Shown: piece by piece, positions 40,884 through 52,536 of the stretch | How the letters are laid out: each line of letters opens with the position of its first letter | Numbering within the stretch: the first letter of the stretch is position 1 | Assembly: GCA_034520565.1 (NCBI GenBank) | Contig: JAXHNL010000002.1 | Span: forward strand, 1,536,001-1,600,000 | Direction: 5' to 3' | Length of the DNA stretch: 64,000 nt | DNA from: Halodesulfurarchaeum sp. | Lineage (GTDB): Archaea > Halobacteriota > Halobacteria > Halobacteriales > Halobacteriaceae | The notes under the pieces: model-generated | Seen by the model: the letters and a program-made list of their open reading frames with translations, nothing else | Database searches by the model: none | What the model was told of the DNA's origin: nothing | Program-made: the position numbers and the translations under genes

Positions 40884-42752
40884 TCAGTCGAACTGCTGGA
40901 TCTCTTCTCGGAGGACGTCCGAAACGACCTCCCCGTCGGCTTTTCCCCGCAGTGCCCCCATCGCTTCGCCCATGAGACCGGAAAACGCGCCCATTCCTTC
41001 TGCCTTCACCTGCTCTGCGTTCCGCTCGAGGACTTCTTTGACGGCTTCGCGCACTGCCGATTCGTCGACGCCGCCGACCCCCGCTTCATCGATGGCCGCC
41101 GCCACGTCGAGATCTGGAGTGTCAGCGAGTGTTCGCAACACGGACTGGACGCCCTCCTTGGCGAGGTCTCCGTCGCGAACTGCCCCGAGGACGTCGAGGA
41201 AGTGGGCGGTTGTCAAGTGGTCCACTGGTACGCCGTCCCGTCGGAGTTCCGTCGTCGTCGATTCGATGGTCGTCGCCGCGAGAGCCGGATCGACACCCGA
41301 TTGTACGGCCCGTTCGAAGGCCGGGAAGTTCCGCCCGAACGCGACCTGTTCGGCCAGTCCCGGGTCCAGGTCGTACTCCGCCACGTATCGGTCGACCTTT
41401 TCGTCGAGGAGTTCCGGCGTCTCTATTGTCCCGCGCTCGATTTTGACCGGCGGAACGTCCGTCTCGGGGTACATTCGCGCGGCGCCCGGAAGCGGCCGCA
41501 GATAGGACGTCGTCCCGTCCTCGAGTGCATCTCGGGTCTCCTCCGGGACGCCTTCGATGGCAGTTTGGGCCCGTTCAACTACGGCTTCGATCGCCAGTTC
41601 GGCGGTTTCCGTGCCGGCTGCGACGAGCGCGACTGCATCGTCATCAGTTGCTTCGACGGCGTCCCTGAGAGCTGTTACTTCAGCCGTCGTGATTCCGTAA
41701 GCCGGCAATTCGTCCGTGTGGAAAATGCCGCCTGCCCCGCTTCGCTTCGCGTGATCGGAGAGTTCGGTGCCGAGTCTGCGATCCGGTTGCACTTCGCGAC
41801 CCAACAGACCGTCGAAGCCGGCCAGTCGGACGGCTTTGACGGTGCTCCCGGACGAGAGTGCACTTGCGATGACGCCCGATTCGGTCGCTTCGAAAACTGT
41901 GGCGACATCCTGGGGCTCGTCGACGGCGGCGTCTCTGTCCTGAAGTTCCGCGGCGATTTCCAGGAGTTTCGCCTGTCGCTTTGCCTCTCCACGGACGATG
42001 TCCTCGATGCCGTCCAGGTCCTGGACTCCTTTCACTTCGACGCGTGCCCCTTCTTCGATGGACACGTTGACGTCCTGTCGAATGGTCCCGAGACCCCGTT
42101 TGACCGCCCCGGTAGAACGAAGGATCATCCCGATGTGCCCGGCGGCTTCTCGTGCCTGCTCCGGGCTCGTGATATCCGGTTTCGTTCCGATTTCGACCAG
42201 CGGCACACCCAGTCGGTCGAGGGAGAATACCACCCCCGAATCGGTTTCCTCGATCCGTCTCGCCGACTCCTCCTCGAGCATCAGATCCTCGATGCCGACA
42301 GTCCCCTCCGTCGTCTCGATCTCCCCGTCAGTGGCGATCAACGACGTCCGCTGGAAGCCCGACGTGTTCGACCCGTCGATCACGACCTTCCGCATTGGAT
42401 GGGCCTGATCGACCGGCGTCATCGAAAGCATGGTTGCGATTTCGAGGGTCGTCTCGATCGCCTCCTCGTCCATCGGGTGTGGCGGCTCGTCGTCCTCTTC
42501 GACCAGACAGGTGGTGTCGTAGCTCAGATATTCGAATTCGCGGTCAAGGCGGCTCTCCTCGAGCGCCGCATCGTCTATCTCGCCGAGTTCGCTCGCAGTC
42601 GGGTGAAGGTAGCGATGGAACTGACGGACTGCTTCGGATTCCTCTCGCTGGGTTGTCGGACAGCTACAGAAGAGCTTCGTGTCGGTGTCGAGTTGCTGGT
42701 GAATCTCGAGACCGGCGACCAGCCCCAGGTCCGCGGGATCGAAATCGGTCAT
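40884..42752 (-). CDS. gatE: Glu-tRNA(Gln) amidotransferase subunit E
   Basis: GLEIHQQL, DEEPPH-like DDEPPH, IDGSNTSGFQRT, RGLGTIRQDVN, RPLPGAARMYPETD. Confidence 0.97.
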   Translation of the reverse strand: MTDFDPADLGLVAGLEIHQQLDTDTKLFCSCPTTQREESEAVRQFHRYLHPTASELGEIDDAALEESRLDREFEYLSYDTTCLVEEDDEPPHPMDEEAIETTLEIATMLSMTPVDQAHPMRKVVIDGSNTSGFQRTSLIATDGEIETTEGTVGIEDLMLEEESARRIEETDSGVVFSLDRLGVPLVEIGTKPDITSPEQAREAAGHIGMILRSTGAVKRGLGTIRQDVNVSIEEGARVEVKGVQDLDGIEDIVRGEAKRQAKLLEIAAELQDRDAAVDEPQDVATVFEATESGVIASALSSGSTVKAVRLAGFDGLLGREVQPDRRLGTELSDHAKRSGAGGIFHTDELPAYGITTAEVTALRDAVEATDDDAVALVAAGTETAELAIEAVVERAQTAIEGVPEETRDALEDGTTSYLRPLPGAARMYPETDVPPVKIERGTIETPELLDEKVDRYVAEYDLDPGLAEQVAFGRNFPAFERAVQSGVDPALAATTIESTTTELRRDGVPVDHLTTAHFLDVLGAVRDGDLAKEGVQSVLRTLADTPDLDVAAAIDEAGVGGVDESAVREAVKEVLERNAEQVKAEGMGAFSGLMGEAMGALRGKADGEVVSDVLREEIQQFD

Positions 42753-42786
42753 TGTATGTGGATCCGTGGGGCAGGGTTAAAATCGT

Positions 42787-44310
42787 TCAGACTCCGGACT
42801 CTCCGGAATTGGCGTCGGGTTGTTCCGCTCGTATTCCAAGCGAGACTAACAGCCGATCTGCAACGGTTTCCCGGAGTCGTTCGGCATCCTGGTCTGCAAT
42901 ATCGATTGCCTGGGCTTCCTGAGAGACGAATCCGGCCGAACTCGCCGTGTCGACGATGATCGTCCCGAGTTGCCACCGTCGCTGGAAGAGTGTCCGTCGA
43001 TCGATCACCGTCTGGACTCGGTCCGCCGGAACGACGTGCGTGCGTCGGCGCCAGAACCCGGTCCGGGTGACGATGTAGTCCGCGGGGAGTCCCCAGCCCC
43101 GATGCTGCCATTTCTTCCGTGCAGCGACCGGGACCGCCGCGTAGAGCATCCGTTGACCACGGAATCGGGGTCACGAGTCGGCTCACGACGAACCCGATTC
43201 CGAGCACCACCGTCACTGCGATCGCATACCTGAACGTGTATCGCCGTTTTGCCGCGGGCGCTGGACGGTCGAACGCGAGTTCGCCGAAGTGTTCGACGTC
43301 ACGGGCCAGTTCGAGGAGGTCCGCACGCTTTGCCAGGGGAACGGCAGATTCCGACCCGCTCGCGGACCCGGGACCGTACCCGGCCGTCTCGATCGAGAGC
43401 GAGGCGTACTCGAAATACCGCATCAGGAGGTTTTCTTCGACGACGACCGTCTGGATCTTCCCCTCCGGGATGCTTCCGTCGTACCGCTGAAGGAGGCCAC
43501 GTTCGTATCGGAGCTCTTCGCCGACCCGGACGAGGGTAAATCCGTAATAGCCGACGAACCTGGCAAACGCACTGAGAAGCCATACGCCGAGTGCGGCAGC
43601 CAGGACCGCAAGAAGGCCGAATAAGACGAGGAGCGTCGGTGCGAGTCCGTCCACGTACTCGGAAAAGAACGGAGCCCCGAACGGAACCACGACGAACAGG
43701 ACCGAGGCGACGCGGGGGTCAAAGGAGAGCAAACTGTAGAGGACGAGGGATTCGTCGTCGAGTTCGAAGATCACCTCCGCCTCGGATGGCTCAACTGATT
43801 TGCCCGTGGCAGACTCATCGATCTGTTCGCGTTCGTCGGACGCTCCTTCGAGCTGTCGCTTGCGGGTTCTAATCCCCTCTTGAAGACGCTTGGCTTCCGA
43901 AACCGAGACGAACTGGAGGGAGGCCTCCGTCGAACTTCCGCCGGCCGTTTCGATGCCGACTGCGGTAATATCGAGGGCACGCTGGACGATCGAACGTGTC
44001 ATATCCACGTTTTGAATGCGCCCGAGTGGAATTTCGCGCTCCCGGCGAAAGAGAACTCCCGACTCGATGTTCAGCGTCGCGTCGGTTAGTTCGTAGGTGA
44101 ACAGCCGATACCGGAGGACTTCGTAGCCGATCGCCCCCAGCCCGAAGAGCACTGCCAGAACCAGGCCCACTGGAAGCCACCGTGGAGCAATATTCATCGC
44201 TCGGAGCGGCGTTTGCGCCATCGAGCCGAGCACCGAGCCTGCAATCGCGAGTCCAAGTGCTCTGGCCCCGCCCTGATCGGGACGGTGAGGGGATGGAGTT
44301 TAGACGCCAT
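42787..44310 (-). CDS. Membrane protein with bacterial PH (bPH_2) domains, YdbT-like; apparent frameshifts near 44268 and 43150
   Basis: Start MASKLHPLTVP; RIQNVD...IETAG repeats; final PH domain TGFWRRRTHVVP..RVQTV. Confidence 0.8.
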
Positions 44311-44756
44311 CGTCTGCGTCGTGTTCGCCCGCGAGCGAGCGGAGTTGTTCCTGGAGAGATTCGGCCCGTTCCGGAACGAGTCCCGGAATCGTCACATCTG
44401 CGCCGCGCGAGCCCGCGGACACACGACGACCGGCTCGAACCGATAGTGCGTTCGAGTGGATTTCGCTGGGTGTCGACGTGCTGGACCCGCACGAACGGGA
44501 CAACCGTCCTCACCCGTGTTAGGACGCCCCGATGGAGGAACAGGGCGTCGGACTGGACTTCGAAGCGCCACAGGCGAAATCGGAGGTGTGCGTGGACGAG
44601 GAGCACTCCGGCCACGACGACGAGGACGGCGAGCGCGAGGGAGGGATCCCGGTTGAACCAGAAGAGGCCTCCTGCGACGATGGCTGCGAGGACCACACCG
44701 GTGAACAACGCAAGGAGGCCCCAGATGATTTGAACGTGGGGGTTGAGTCGTTCCAT
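44300..44756 (-). CDS. Small bPH_2 domain membrane protein, YdbS-like; apparent frameshift near 44430
   Basis: MERLNP, RGVLTRVRTVVPFVRVQHVDTQRNPLER, then AGSRGADVTIPGL in another frame. Confidence 0.82.
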
Positions 44757-44869
44757 ACGTGTGGTGGCGGTGTGCTCCCTCTTCAAAGAACGGGTCACGG
44801 AGTCAGACGCATGGAGGTAATTCGCGATGGGCCGAGACCCACCCGGCCGAAATCGAAACGTCGCCGTTT

Positions 44870-46280
44870 TCAGTCTGTCAGGATCCCCGGCTGCGGTCAT
44901 CGCCAGCGGATCGATGACCTCATCGGCCTCGCTCTCGGTAAGGTAGCCACGAGACACGGCCGCCTCGTGGATCGAAACGCCCTCCTCGAGGGCAGCTTTG
45001 GCCACTTCGGCGGCGGCGTCGTACCCGATTGCGGGATTCAATGCCGTCGCGAGTGCCAGGCTCCGTTCGACCTGTTCGGTACAGACGTCTTCGTTCGCCT
45101 CGAGTTTGGCGACGAACCGGTTCCCGAACGTTTCCGCACCGTTCGCAAGCAGGCGAGCGGACTGGAGGAACGTCGTCGCGATGACGGTCTTGTAGAGGTT
45201 GAGATCGAGTTGTCCGCCAGCACCGCCCTTCGCGACTGTCGCGTCGTTGCCGACGATCCGTGCGTGAATCTGATTGACGGATTCGGCCACCACCGGGTTG
45301 ATCTTTCCCGGCATGATCGATGAACCGGGCTGGTTCTCCGGCTGGGAAAGTTCGCCGAGGCCGTTCCTCGGACCGGACGCCAGCAATCTGAGGTCGTGGG
45401 CGATCTTGTCGAGTGAGCCCGACACGGTCCGCAGCGCTCCGTGGGCCTGGCCCATCGCGTCGTGGGCTGCCTGGGCTTCGAAGTGATTGTCCGCCTCGCG
45501 GAATTCGATTCCAGTCTCGTCGCTGATCTGCTGGATAGCTCGCTCGGCGAATTCCGGATGCGTATTGAGTCCAGTCCCAACGGCGGTTCCCCCGAGAGCC
45601 AGTTCCGCGAGGTCAGCCGTGATGGCGTCGATCCGATCGATCCCCTTCTCGACCTGTGTCCGGTAGCCCCCGAACTCCTGTCCGAGTCTGACAGGAGTCG
45701 CATCCTGGAGGTGCGTGCGCCCGGTTTTAACGATCCCATCGAATTCGGATTCCTTTTCGGCGAGTCGGTCTCGAAGGGTTTCGAGTGCCGGTTCGACAGC
45801 GTGCTCGACGGCTTCGAGGGCGGCGACGTGCATTGCCGTGGGAATCACGTCGTTCGATGACTGGCCGAAGTTCACGTGGTCGTTGGGATGGACAGTTTTG
45901 CTCCCGACCTCGGCCCCCAGAAGCTCGCTCGCCCGGTTGGCGATGACCTCGTTCGCGTTCATGTTCGTGGAGGTACCCGAGCCAGTCTGGTAGACGTCGA
46001 CAGGGAACTGATCGTCGTGTTCGCCGTCGATTACTTCCGTGGCGGCTGCCTGGATCGTTTCAGCAGTATCTTCCGGGATCAGGCCGAGGTCGGCGTTGGC
46101 CCCGGCCGCTGCCTTCTTGACCACGCCGAGGGCGCGCACGAATCGCCGGTCCATCGGTTCGCCGCTGATCGGAAAGTTTTCGACCGCCCGCTGGGTCTGT
46201 GCCCCCCAGTACGCGTCTGCCGGGACGGCGATCTCGCCGAGACTGTCGGTTTCGATCCGTTCCTCGTTGGAGTCTGCCAT
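44870..46280 (-). CDS. fumC: Fumarate hydratase class II; apparent frameshift near 44893 creates a spurious 803-aa fusion ORF
   Basis: YWGAQTQRA, QTGSGTSTNMN, GRTHLQDA, GSSIMPGKINP; removing one base gives the tail MTQPGILTD-stop. Confidence 0.95.
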
Positions 46281-46342
46281 GGAGGGGCTTCGACGAGCGG
46301 CGACGTAAATCCCGTTGACTTGCAGAGCTTGGGGTCACCTGG

Positions 46343-47326
46343 TCAGGTGAACTGATCGAGCCCGGTCTGCGTGAGCGCCTCCTCGAGACGATCGAAGCCT
46401 CGAGTTACTTCGTCGGCTGGAATCTCCCAGGTGTCCGTGACGTATTCCCGGGCGGCCCCGAGGTCGGGGTCGACGTCGAGATCGATGTCGTAGTCCTCGG
46501 TCACGTTCGGATCCAGGAACAGTTGTCGAATTCGGTCTGCGTGCTCGATGTACTCGTCTTCGGCCTCGAGGACACCCCAGAGGTCGCCGTGTTCCGTAAC
46601 GGCCGAGAGGGCGGTCTTGGGCCCGAATCCGAGCAATCCCTCGTTGAAGTCAGTCCCACAGAGGATTCCGACGTCCACGAGTTGGCTCCAGGTGATCTCG
46701 TGTGTGGCGAGCGTCGCTTCGAAGTCCATCACCTCGGGATCGTCGCTCGTGGTCAACTTACGGAGCGTCAGTGGAGCCCCCAACAGAAGCGTGTCGTAAT
46801 CTTCGCTGCCCGCGTAATCAATCGCGGGATCGTTTCGAACCATTGCAGCTGCCTGGGCCTCCCCTTCTGCCGGGGCCTCGACGATCGGGACGTCGAGTCG
46901 TTCGAGCAATTCCCGGGTCGTTCGGTGAATCACGTCAGTTAGCCGCTGAGTACGGGATTCGAGCCGGGCGGCCGCGATCGAATCGCCGGCCGCTTTCGCT
47001 TCTTCCATCCGGGTTTCGGCCTCCGCTCGCTTCTCGCGGCGTCGTTCGACCTCTTCGGACTTGAGTTCAGTCACACCACCGTCGAAGACGAACACGGGGG
47101 TGAGATCGTTCTCGAAGAACTTCGGGAGTCCCTGCACCACGCCAATGAGGTTCGCCACCTCTACCCCATCCGTCGTGGTGTAGACGTCCTCTCGCGTGAA
47201 CTTGACCGTGGTCGTGAGATAGCGATAGAGCCAATTGTGGGCGTCGACAGCCACCACAGTTCCCTCGAGGTCCTCGGAGGGCACCTCGGAGATGACAGCC
47301 AGTTGTCGAAGATCAGCGAGTCCCAT
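46343..47326 (-). CDS. fen: Flap endonuclease 1
   Basis: [39 protein letters not shown]-terminal PIP-like QTGLDQF. Confidence 0.95.
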   Translation of the reverse strand: MGLADLRQLAVISEVPSEDLEGTVVAVDAHNWLYRYLTTTVKFTREDVYTTTDGVEVANLIGVVQGLPKFFENDLTPVFVFDGGVTELKSEEVERRREKRAEAETRMEEAKAAGDSIAAARLESRTQRLTDVIHRTTRELLERLDVPIVEAPAEGEAQAAAMVRNDPAIDYAGSEDYDTLLLGAPLTLRKLTTSDDPEVMDFEATLATHEITWSQLVDVGILCGTDFNEGLLGFGPKTALSAVTEHGDLWGVLEAEDEYIEHADRIRQLFLDPNVTEDYDIDLDVDPDLGAAREYVTDTWEIPADEVTRGFDRLEEALTQTGLDQFT

Positions 47327-47882
47327 TATCCTCCCGTTCGGTCGAGGGGGCAAAAGGAATACCGTTCACCGTGGGCGGAAGCTCGGCTTCTTCGAGCCAG
47401 GACGCTACCGGTTCCTGTTCGCGTTCGGGAAGGTCCCGGTTGGCAAAGAGCGTCAATCCAGCCCGGTAGGAGTCCGGATCCCGCTCGCCGGGTGCTTCGA
47501 GGACGAGTTCGGCGACCCCGGTTTCCCGGCCGGTAAAGTGATAGCCGGCCTTGGAGAGTGCCCGGTACGCGATCGGGTTGTTGACGGCGATCGTCACTCG
47601 TTCGTACTCGTGGTCGAAAAGCGTCTCCGTGAGCCTTCTTGCCAATTCGGTGCCGAGTCCCTCGCCCTGGCGTTCCGTTTTGACGGTCATGTAGCGGATC
47701 CAGGCCTGTTCTGGGGTCTCGCGGTCACCGTTGAACGCTGCTGCAGCGACGATTTCATCATTTGACCGCAACACGGCCTTTCCCGTGTTCGTCATCTCGA
47801 ACTTCCCGGCGTAGCTGAACGCCTGCCAGTCGAGAGTCAGTGACGGCCCGTCCGGGGGAAAGCCCAACACCTCGTACTCCAT
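47313..47882 (-). CDS. GNAT family N-acetyltransferase
   Basis: WIRYMTV...RQGEGLG, AVNNP, KAGY. Confidence 0.8.
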   Translation of the reverse strand: MEYEVLGFPPDGPSLTLDWQAFSYAGKFEMTNTGKAVLRSNDEIVAAAAFNGDRETPEQAWIRYMTVKTERQGEGLGTELARRLTETLFDHEYERVTIAVNNPIAYRALSKAGYHFTGRETGVAELVLEAPGERDPDSYRAGLTLFANRDLPEREQEPVASWLEEAELPPTVNGIPFAPSTEREDNGTR

Positions 47883-47933
47883 CGATTCGCCGTTAGCGGG
47901 CGACTCATAAGGTTCCATCCCTTGCCTGTCAGC

Positions 47934-48501
47934 GTGCACGACGTCCCGTACTTCGATCGGTTTGCCCCGCTGTATGACCTGGTGATGCCCGAAACGGATG
48001 CGGCACCACTCGACGCGGGATCTTGGGCTGGCCGATCGCCGAATAGCGACCGTTCTCGACCTCGGTGGCGGGACTGGTCGAGCCGGGCGAGCGATCGGAC
48101 CGGAAACCGTGATTTTCGACGCGAGCGAACCGATGCTCTCCAGGGCGACGGCAAACGGGTATCCCGCGGTTCGTGGAGACGTTCGTTCGCTCCCGCTCGA
48201 TTCGGAAAGCGTCGACGCGGTCGTCTCCGTCGACGCGATTCACCACTTGCCGGCGATCGAGTCGGTCATCGCGGAGGTCGAGCGGGTACTCCGACCGGGC
48301 GGCGTATTCGTCGTTCGCGACTTCGACCCCACGACGGTTCGGGGGCGAGGACTGTCACTTGCGGAACGGGTCGTCGGCTTCGAATCGACGTTTTTCCCCG
48401 TCGAAACCGTGGTCGATCGCTTCGAAGAAGCCGACCTCGTAACCACGGTTCTGGGGTCTGGATTCGTGTACACCGTCGCCGGTCGGAAGCTACGCGAGTG
48501 A
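47934..48501 (+). CDS. Class I SAM-dependent methyltransferase; apparent frameshift near 48017
   Basis: FDRFAPLYDLVMP, then VLDLGGGTG, DAIHH, RVLRPGG. Confidence 0.82.
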
Positions 48502-48503
48502 AT

Positions 48504-49613
48504 TTACACGAGGAAGGGACCCAGTCCAAGCGCCTCGACGAGTGTGAGTCCACCAGCTACCGCCCCGAGCAGATATCCGAGAATTGCCCCGCCGTTGAGT
48601 AACGGCAGTCCGGCGTGTGGTCTGCCTTTCGTGACGAAATAGAGCAGCGCAAGCAAGCCGAGGAGCGTCCCGATCATGGCACCGAGAGCGGCGTATTCGA
48701 GACCGAGAACCGTCGGCATTTCGAGGAAGGTCGCGGCGCTAACGACGAGAATCGTCGGGATCACCACGTCGCCGAGGCCGATGAAAAAGGCGTCGCGGTC
48801 GAGCGGGTTATCCGGGTCCTCCGTCGCCGATCCCCCCGCGTCCGCAGGATCTGCCGACCCCGCGTCCGCAGCATCTGCCGACCCCGCGCCCGCAGCATCT
48901 GCCGACCCCGTGTCAACAGCATCTGCCGACCCCATGTCAGCAGGATCTCCCGTCTCAGATTCGCCTGGATCCGTCGTCTCCTCGGCGGTGTCGAGGTCCG
49001 CGGCCATCTCCCGAAACGAAAAGGAGCGGGTCGTCGGGAGGATGATCAAGACGGGAACACGGAGTTCCATCACCCCCGAAGCGAGTGTCAGCATGTGTTC
49101 GGTGCCGTAGACGCTGATCGCATCGTACACGGCAAGAACCGTCAGGAGGAGCAACACCGGAAGCACGTCGAGACTGATACCGAAGAGGGCGGCCGCACCC
49201 ATACCCATGACGAGGCCGGCCGCGTCGATGACCCACCATTCCGGATAGAGGGCCAGTCCGAGCACGATTACCGCTCCGCCCAGAAGTGCACCCAGATGAA
49301 GCGTTCCCGGTTCGCCCACGATCGGTGGCACGAAAATCGAGAAGACGTAGGCGCTAATGAGGCCGCTGGTCAGCACGATGAACGCCCGAAGGACCCGGGT
49401 CAAGTCGTACTTCATGAGAAGGAGCATGCCGACCGTCGCGACCAGCAACACCCCGATGTAGAGGATCGAATTGGCCGGATCGGTGGGGTCCTCGACGGCC
49501 TGGTATTCGGCAACAGTGAAGGGTTCCTGCAACCAGAGCGCACCGATTTGGACGGCGAGGAAAAATCCAACGGCCCCGAGCATGGCCGCGGCAATCCGGC
49601 GTCGAGAGGTCAT
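48504..49613 (-). CDS. Presenilin-family intramembrane aspartyl protease (PSH)
   Basis: YD motif (AVYDAISV), GLGD motif, HAGLPLL. Confidence 0.92.
   Translation of the reverse strand: MTSRRRIAAAMLGAVGFFLAVQIGALWLQEPFTVAEYQAVEDPTDPANSILYIGVLLVATVGMLLLMKYDLTRVLRAFIVLTSGLISAYVFSIFVPPIVGEPGTLHLGALLGGAVIVLGLALYPEWWVIDAAGLVMGMGAAALFGISLDVLPVLLLLTVLAVYDAISVYGTEHMLTLASGVMELRVPVLIILPTTRSFSFREMAADLDTAEETTDPGESETGDPADMGSADAVDTGSADAAGAGSADAADAGSADPADAGGSATEDPDNPLDRDAFFIGLGDVVIPTILVVSAATFLEMPTVLGLEYAALGAMIGTLLGLLALLYFVTKGRPHAGLPLLNGGAILGYLLGAVAGGLTLVEALGLGPFLV
48826..48948. repeat. In-frame 24-bp tandem repeat (about 4.5 copies) in the PSH loop
   Basis: GCAG(G/C)ATCTGCCGACCCC.. units starting at 48844, 48868, 48892, 48916 and a partial one at 48940, encoding GSADAADA-like octapeptides. 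Confidence 0.9.
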
Positions 49614-49730
49614 GGGGAATGCTACTGTCGAGGACTCCTTTGTACTTCCGAACGCTCCATCCACGGTTATCGCTTCGAATTCACGACGGGTTCCGCCGTG
49701 AGCAATTCAATCCACCCACCCACCCACTCT

Positions 49731-49967
49731 TTACCGATCCGGACGCCAGTAAAGCGGCTTTTGAAGCAGGGGGGCCGTTGCGACCGAACCGTTCGGCGAG
49801 ACGGCCAAATACGGGTTTTCGATGGGTCCGAACACGTCGACCACGCGACCGACAGTCTCGAGGGATTCGTCGATTGCGGCCGCCCCGATCGGGGCAGGAT
49901 CGGTCGATGCCGCGCTGAGGACGAGGAGATTGCCGGCGATCCTGGTGACCGTGCCGAGTCGTTCCAT
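49731..49967 (-). CDS. gar1: H/ACA RNP complex subunit Gar1
   Basis: VGRVVDVFGPIENPYLAV; directly downstream of srp19. Confidence 0.88.
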   Translation of the reverse strand: MERLGTVTRIAGNLLVLSAASTDPAPIGAAAIDESLETVGRVVDVFGPIENPYLAVSPNGSVATAPLLQKPLYWRPDR

Positions 49968-50248
49968 CAGTCCCTGAGCACCTGAACGTACGCTGCGACG
50001 CCCTGTAACAGGTCGCTCTTCCCGGAGTCGTCCGCGTTTTTGACGGCGACTCGACCAGTGCGCTCCTGTGGAGAACGGGAATACGCCAGGTCAGGTTCGA
50101 TGACGGCGTCGTAGCCGACCTGCTGGACCGCCTCCGCGATCTCCTCGACGGTGGGGTCGGGAACTGCCAGCGATTCCGGCACGCGACGCCCCTCGCTCCG
50201 GGAGCGGGAGGCGTCGAAGTAGGCCGGCCAGATGATGTTTTCCACCAT
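49967..50248 (-). CDS. srp19: Signal recognition particle protein SRP19
   Basis: [12 protein letters not shown]...RSEGRRVP...AV.DPT. Confidence 0.93.
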   Translation of the reverse strand: MVENIIWPAYFDASRSRSEGRRVPESLAVPDPTVEEIAEAVQQVGYDAVIEPDLAYSRSPQERTGRVAVKNADDSGKSDLLQGVAAYVQVLRD

Positions 50249-50341
50249 TTGGGAGTTACTATCCGGCCGAACGGGAAACCGTTGACGGAGTTCGCTACAT
50301 CGAACGGACCATCTAAACGCCCGGCCAGCATACTGGCTCTC

Positions 50342-52466
50342 ATGAATATGCGCTCGGTCACAGCGATATTCGTTGCCGTCCTCCTTGTCGGTTCGCTTGG
50401 CGGTCTCTCGTTCCCTGTCGGAGCCGAATCGGGACCGGCCGATCCGGCACCCGTCGTGGGACACAACGCCGATCTGGTATCCGCAGATCCGACGGACTCG
50501 CTCTCGGGTGAGACCGTCGGAGCGACCACCGACGAAAACACGCTTACGCGGACCGTCACGTTCGCGTTGCGACCGGCCGAACCCGGCATCGTCACCGCTG
50601 AAATGCAGTTCGAGATTCCGGACCAGGTAGTCGAGTTGAAAACGGCCATTCCGACGAACGCGAGCGTGGAGGCGACCACGGGCTTCGAGCCGACCGGAGA
50701 CGGGAACTATTCCTGGGACGAAACCACTGCCAATCCGTCGGTGAGCCTCGCGTATTCGGTGAATCGGACCGGTGCCTATCAACGAAGCCAGACGAGAGAA
50801 ATCCGGCACCAACCGACAAATCAGGTCACTGATACGGACCCGGGTTACACGTTCGTCGGTACGGGCGACTGGGCAATTGCGTCAGTTCCGGGAGCTGCGG
50901 TCTGGTGGTCGTCGTATCGGAACTCCCCCCGGGTAACGTTCGAAGGACAGACGGCAGTCGACGGGGCTGGTGTCGCCGGGGACAGGATGGTGTTTCTCGG
51001 CGAGCATTCGAGCGTGACGAGGACGGTCGACGGGGTCCCGATAACGCTGGTCGTGCCTGCCGCTGCAACGCTCGAACCCACCGAAGCGGCCGTGCTCGAT
51101 TCGATCGAGGCTGCCTCCCCGTACCTCCCTGACAGCCCGAACGATCGAAGCGTCGTCATTGCCGCCCCAACGAACGTCGATTGGGGACCGTACGGCCTGG
51201 CTGACCGAAGCGACACGTGGGTGCGAGCCGACGAGCCACTCGACGTTCCAGGAAACGTCTGGCTCCACGAATTCGTTCACCTCCGGCAGGATTTTCGCAC
51301 CGAGTTGGACGCACGGTGGATCAGCGAGGGGATGGCCGAATACTACGCCGGGTATCTGACACTCGAACAGGGTCTCATCGACTTCACCGAGTTTCGCGAG
51401 TACCTCGATCGTGGGACCAGATCACGGTATGACGAGACGATCCTCTCCGAACCCGAGACGTGGAATTCGCTTGGAAACTACGTCAAAGGAGCACTCGTCT
51501 ACGGGACGATCGACCGGCAGGTTCGGGTCGACACTGATGGTGCCTACACTGCACGATACCTCTTCGAGCGGATGAACGGGCGAACGACCCGGATCGACCA
51601 GTCGTTCCTGAACGCGGAAATCGAGGATCTCGTGGCGCCTGGAACCGCAACCGAACTGGAGGCTTTCGTGACGACGACACAGACCCCTGAAATGTGGTCA
51701 CGCTCCGATCACCGGGCCGCGTTTGGGACGGAACCACCCGAAATAGTGACGACAGTCGAGACTCCGATGGAATTGACGGGTCCGTACCGGAACCAGTCGG
51801 TCGACTCGATCCCGACACTCGTCCCGGAAGAACGACTTTCGATTCCGGTCACTGTGACGAACGACGGGGGCGAAACCGGGACGTACGAGGTGCAGTTGAC
51901 CGTCGATGGCGTTCCTGTCGCAAACGCGACTGGGACCCTCGAAGGCGGCCAGTCTGATAGCAGTCACTCTCGACTACACGTTCGAGAACGACGGGACGTT
52001 CGACCTTGCGATCGGGGAGGAGTCCTGGACGGTCTCCGTTCGTGAGCCGGCGACACCGGTTGTGGACAGTCTCCACGTGTCTCCCACCGAAGTCGAGGCA
52101 GGCTCGACGATTTCCGTTACTGTCACGATATCGAACCCGGAAGCCTGGCCCGCCACGGGCGCGATCACCTCGTCGGTGGACGGAGCGCAAATCTCGACCT
52201 GGACCCTGAACCTCGACGTGAACGAAACCGTCGAACGAACTGCGGAGGCAACGTTGAGCGATCCCGGCGAGTATATCGTGGAAGCGGGATTGATGACAGA
52301 ACCGGTAACCGTCCTCGACTCTCAGGCGACGACAGTCGCCGAAACGACGCCGGGAGGGTCATCACCGACGACTGGTGAACGGACGGTCGAAACGACGACC
52401 CCCGGGTTTACCCTCCTGACTACGGTCCTCGCCCTGCTGCTCGCCGGCGGCCGCCTCGTCCGGTGA
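50342..52466 (+). CDS. Secreted zinc metallopeptidase-like protein with CARDB/Ig-like domains and a PGF-CTERM anchor; apparent frameshift near 51960
   Basis: Signal peptide; HEFVH...[10 protein letters not shown] gluzincin-like motif; VTVTNDGG beta repeats; Thr-rich linker, TPGF, TM segment and basic tail. Confidence 0.8.
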
Positions 52467-52536
52467 AACCGGCCTCCAAGTTGCCATACGTTCCGCAACG
52501 TTTATTATGTATCACAATTCTACCTTCCGATGACAC

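Noticed and set aside
43869-46280. 803-aa ORF that looks like a fumarase fused to a PH-domain membrane protein
   Set aside because: One extra base near 44893 causes read-through. Correcting it ends FumC at 44870, and the PH gene has its own ATG at 44756.
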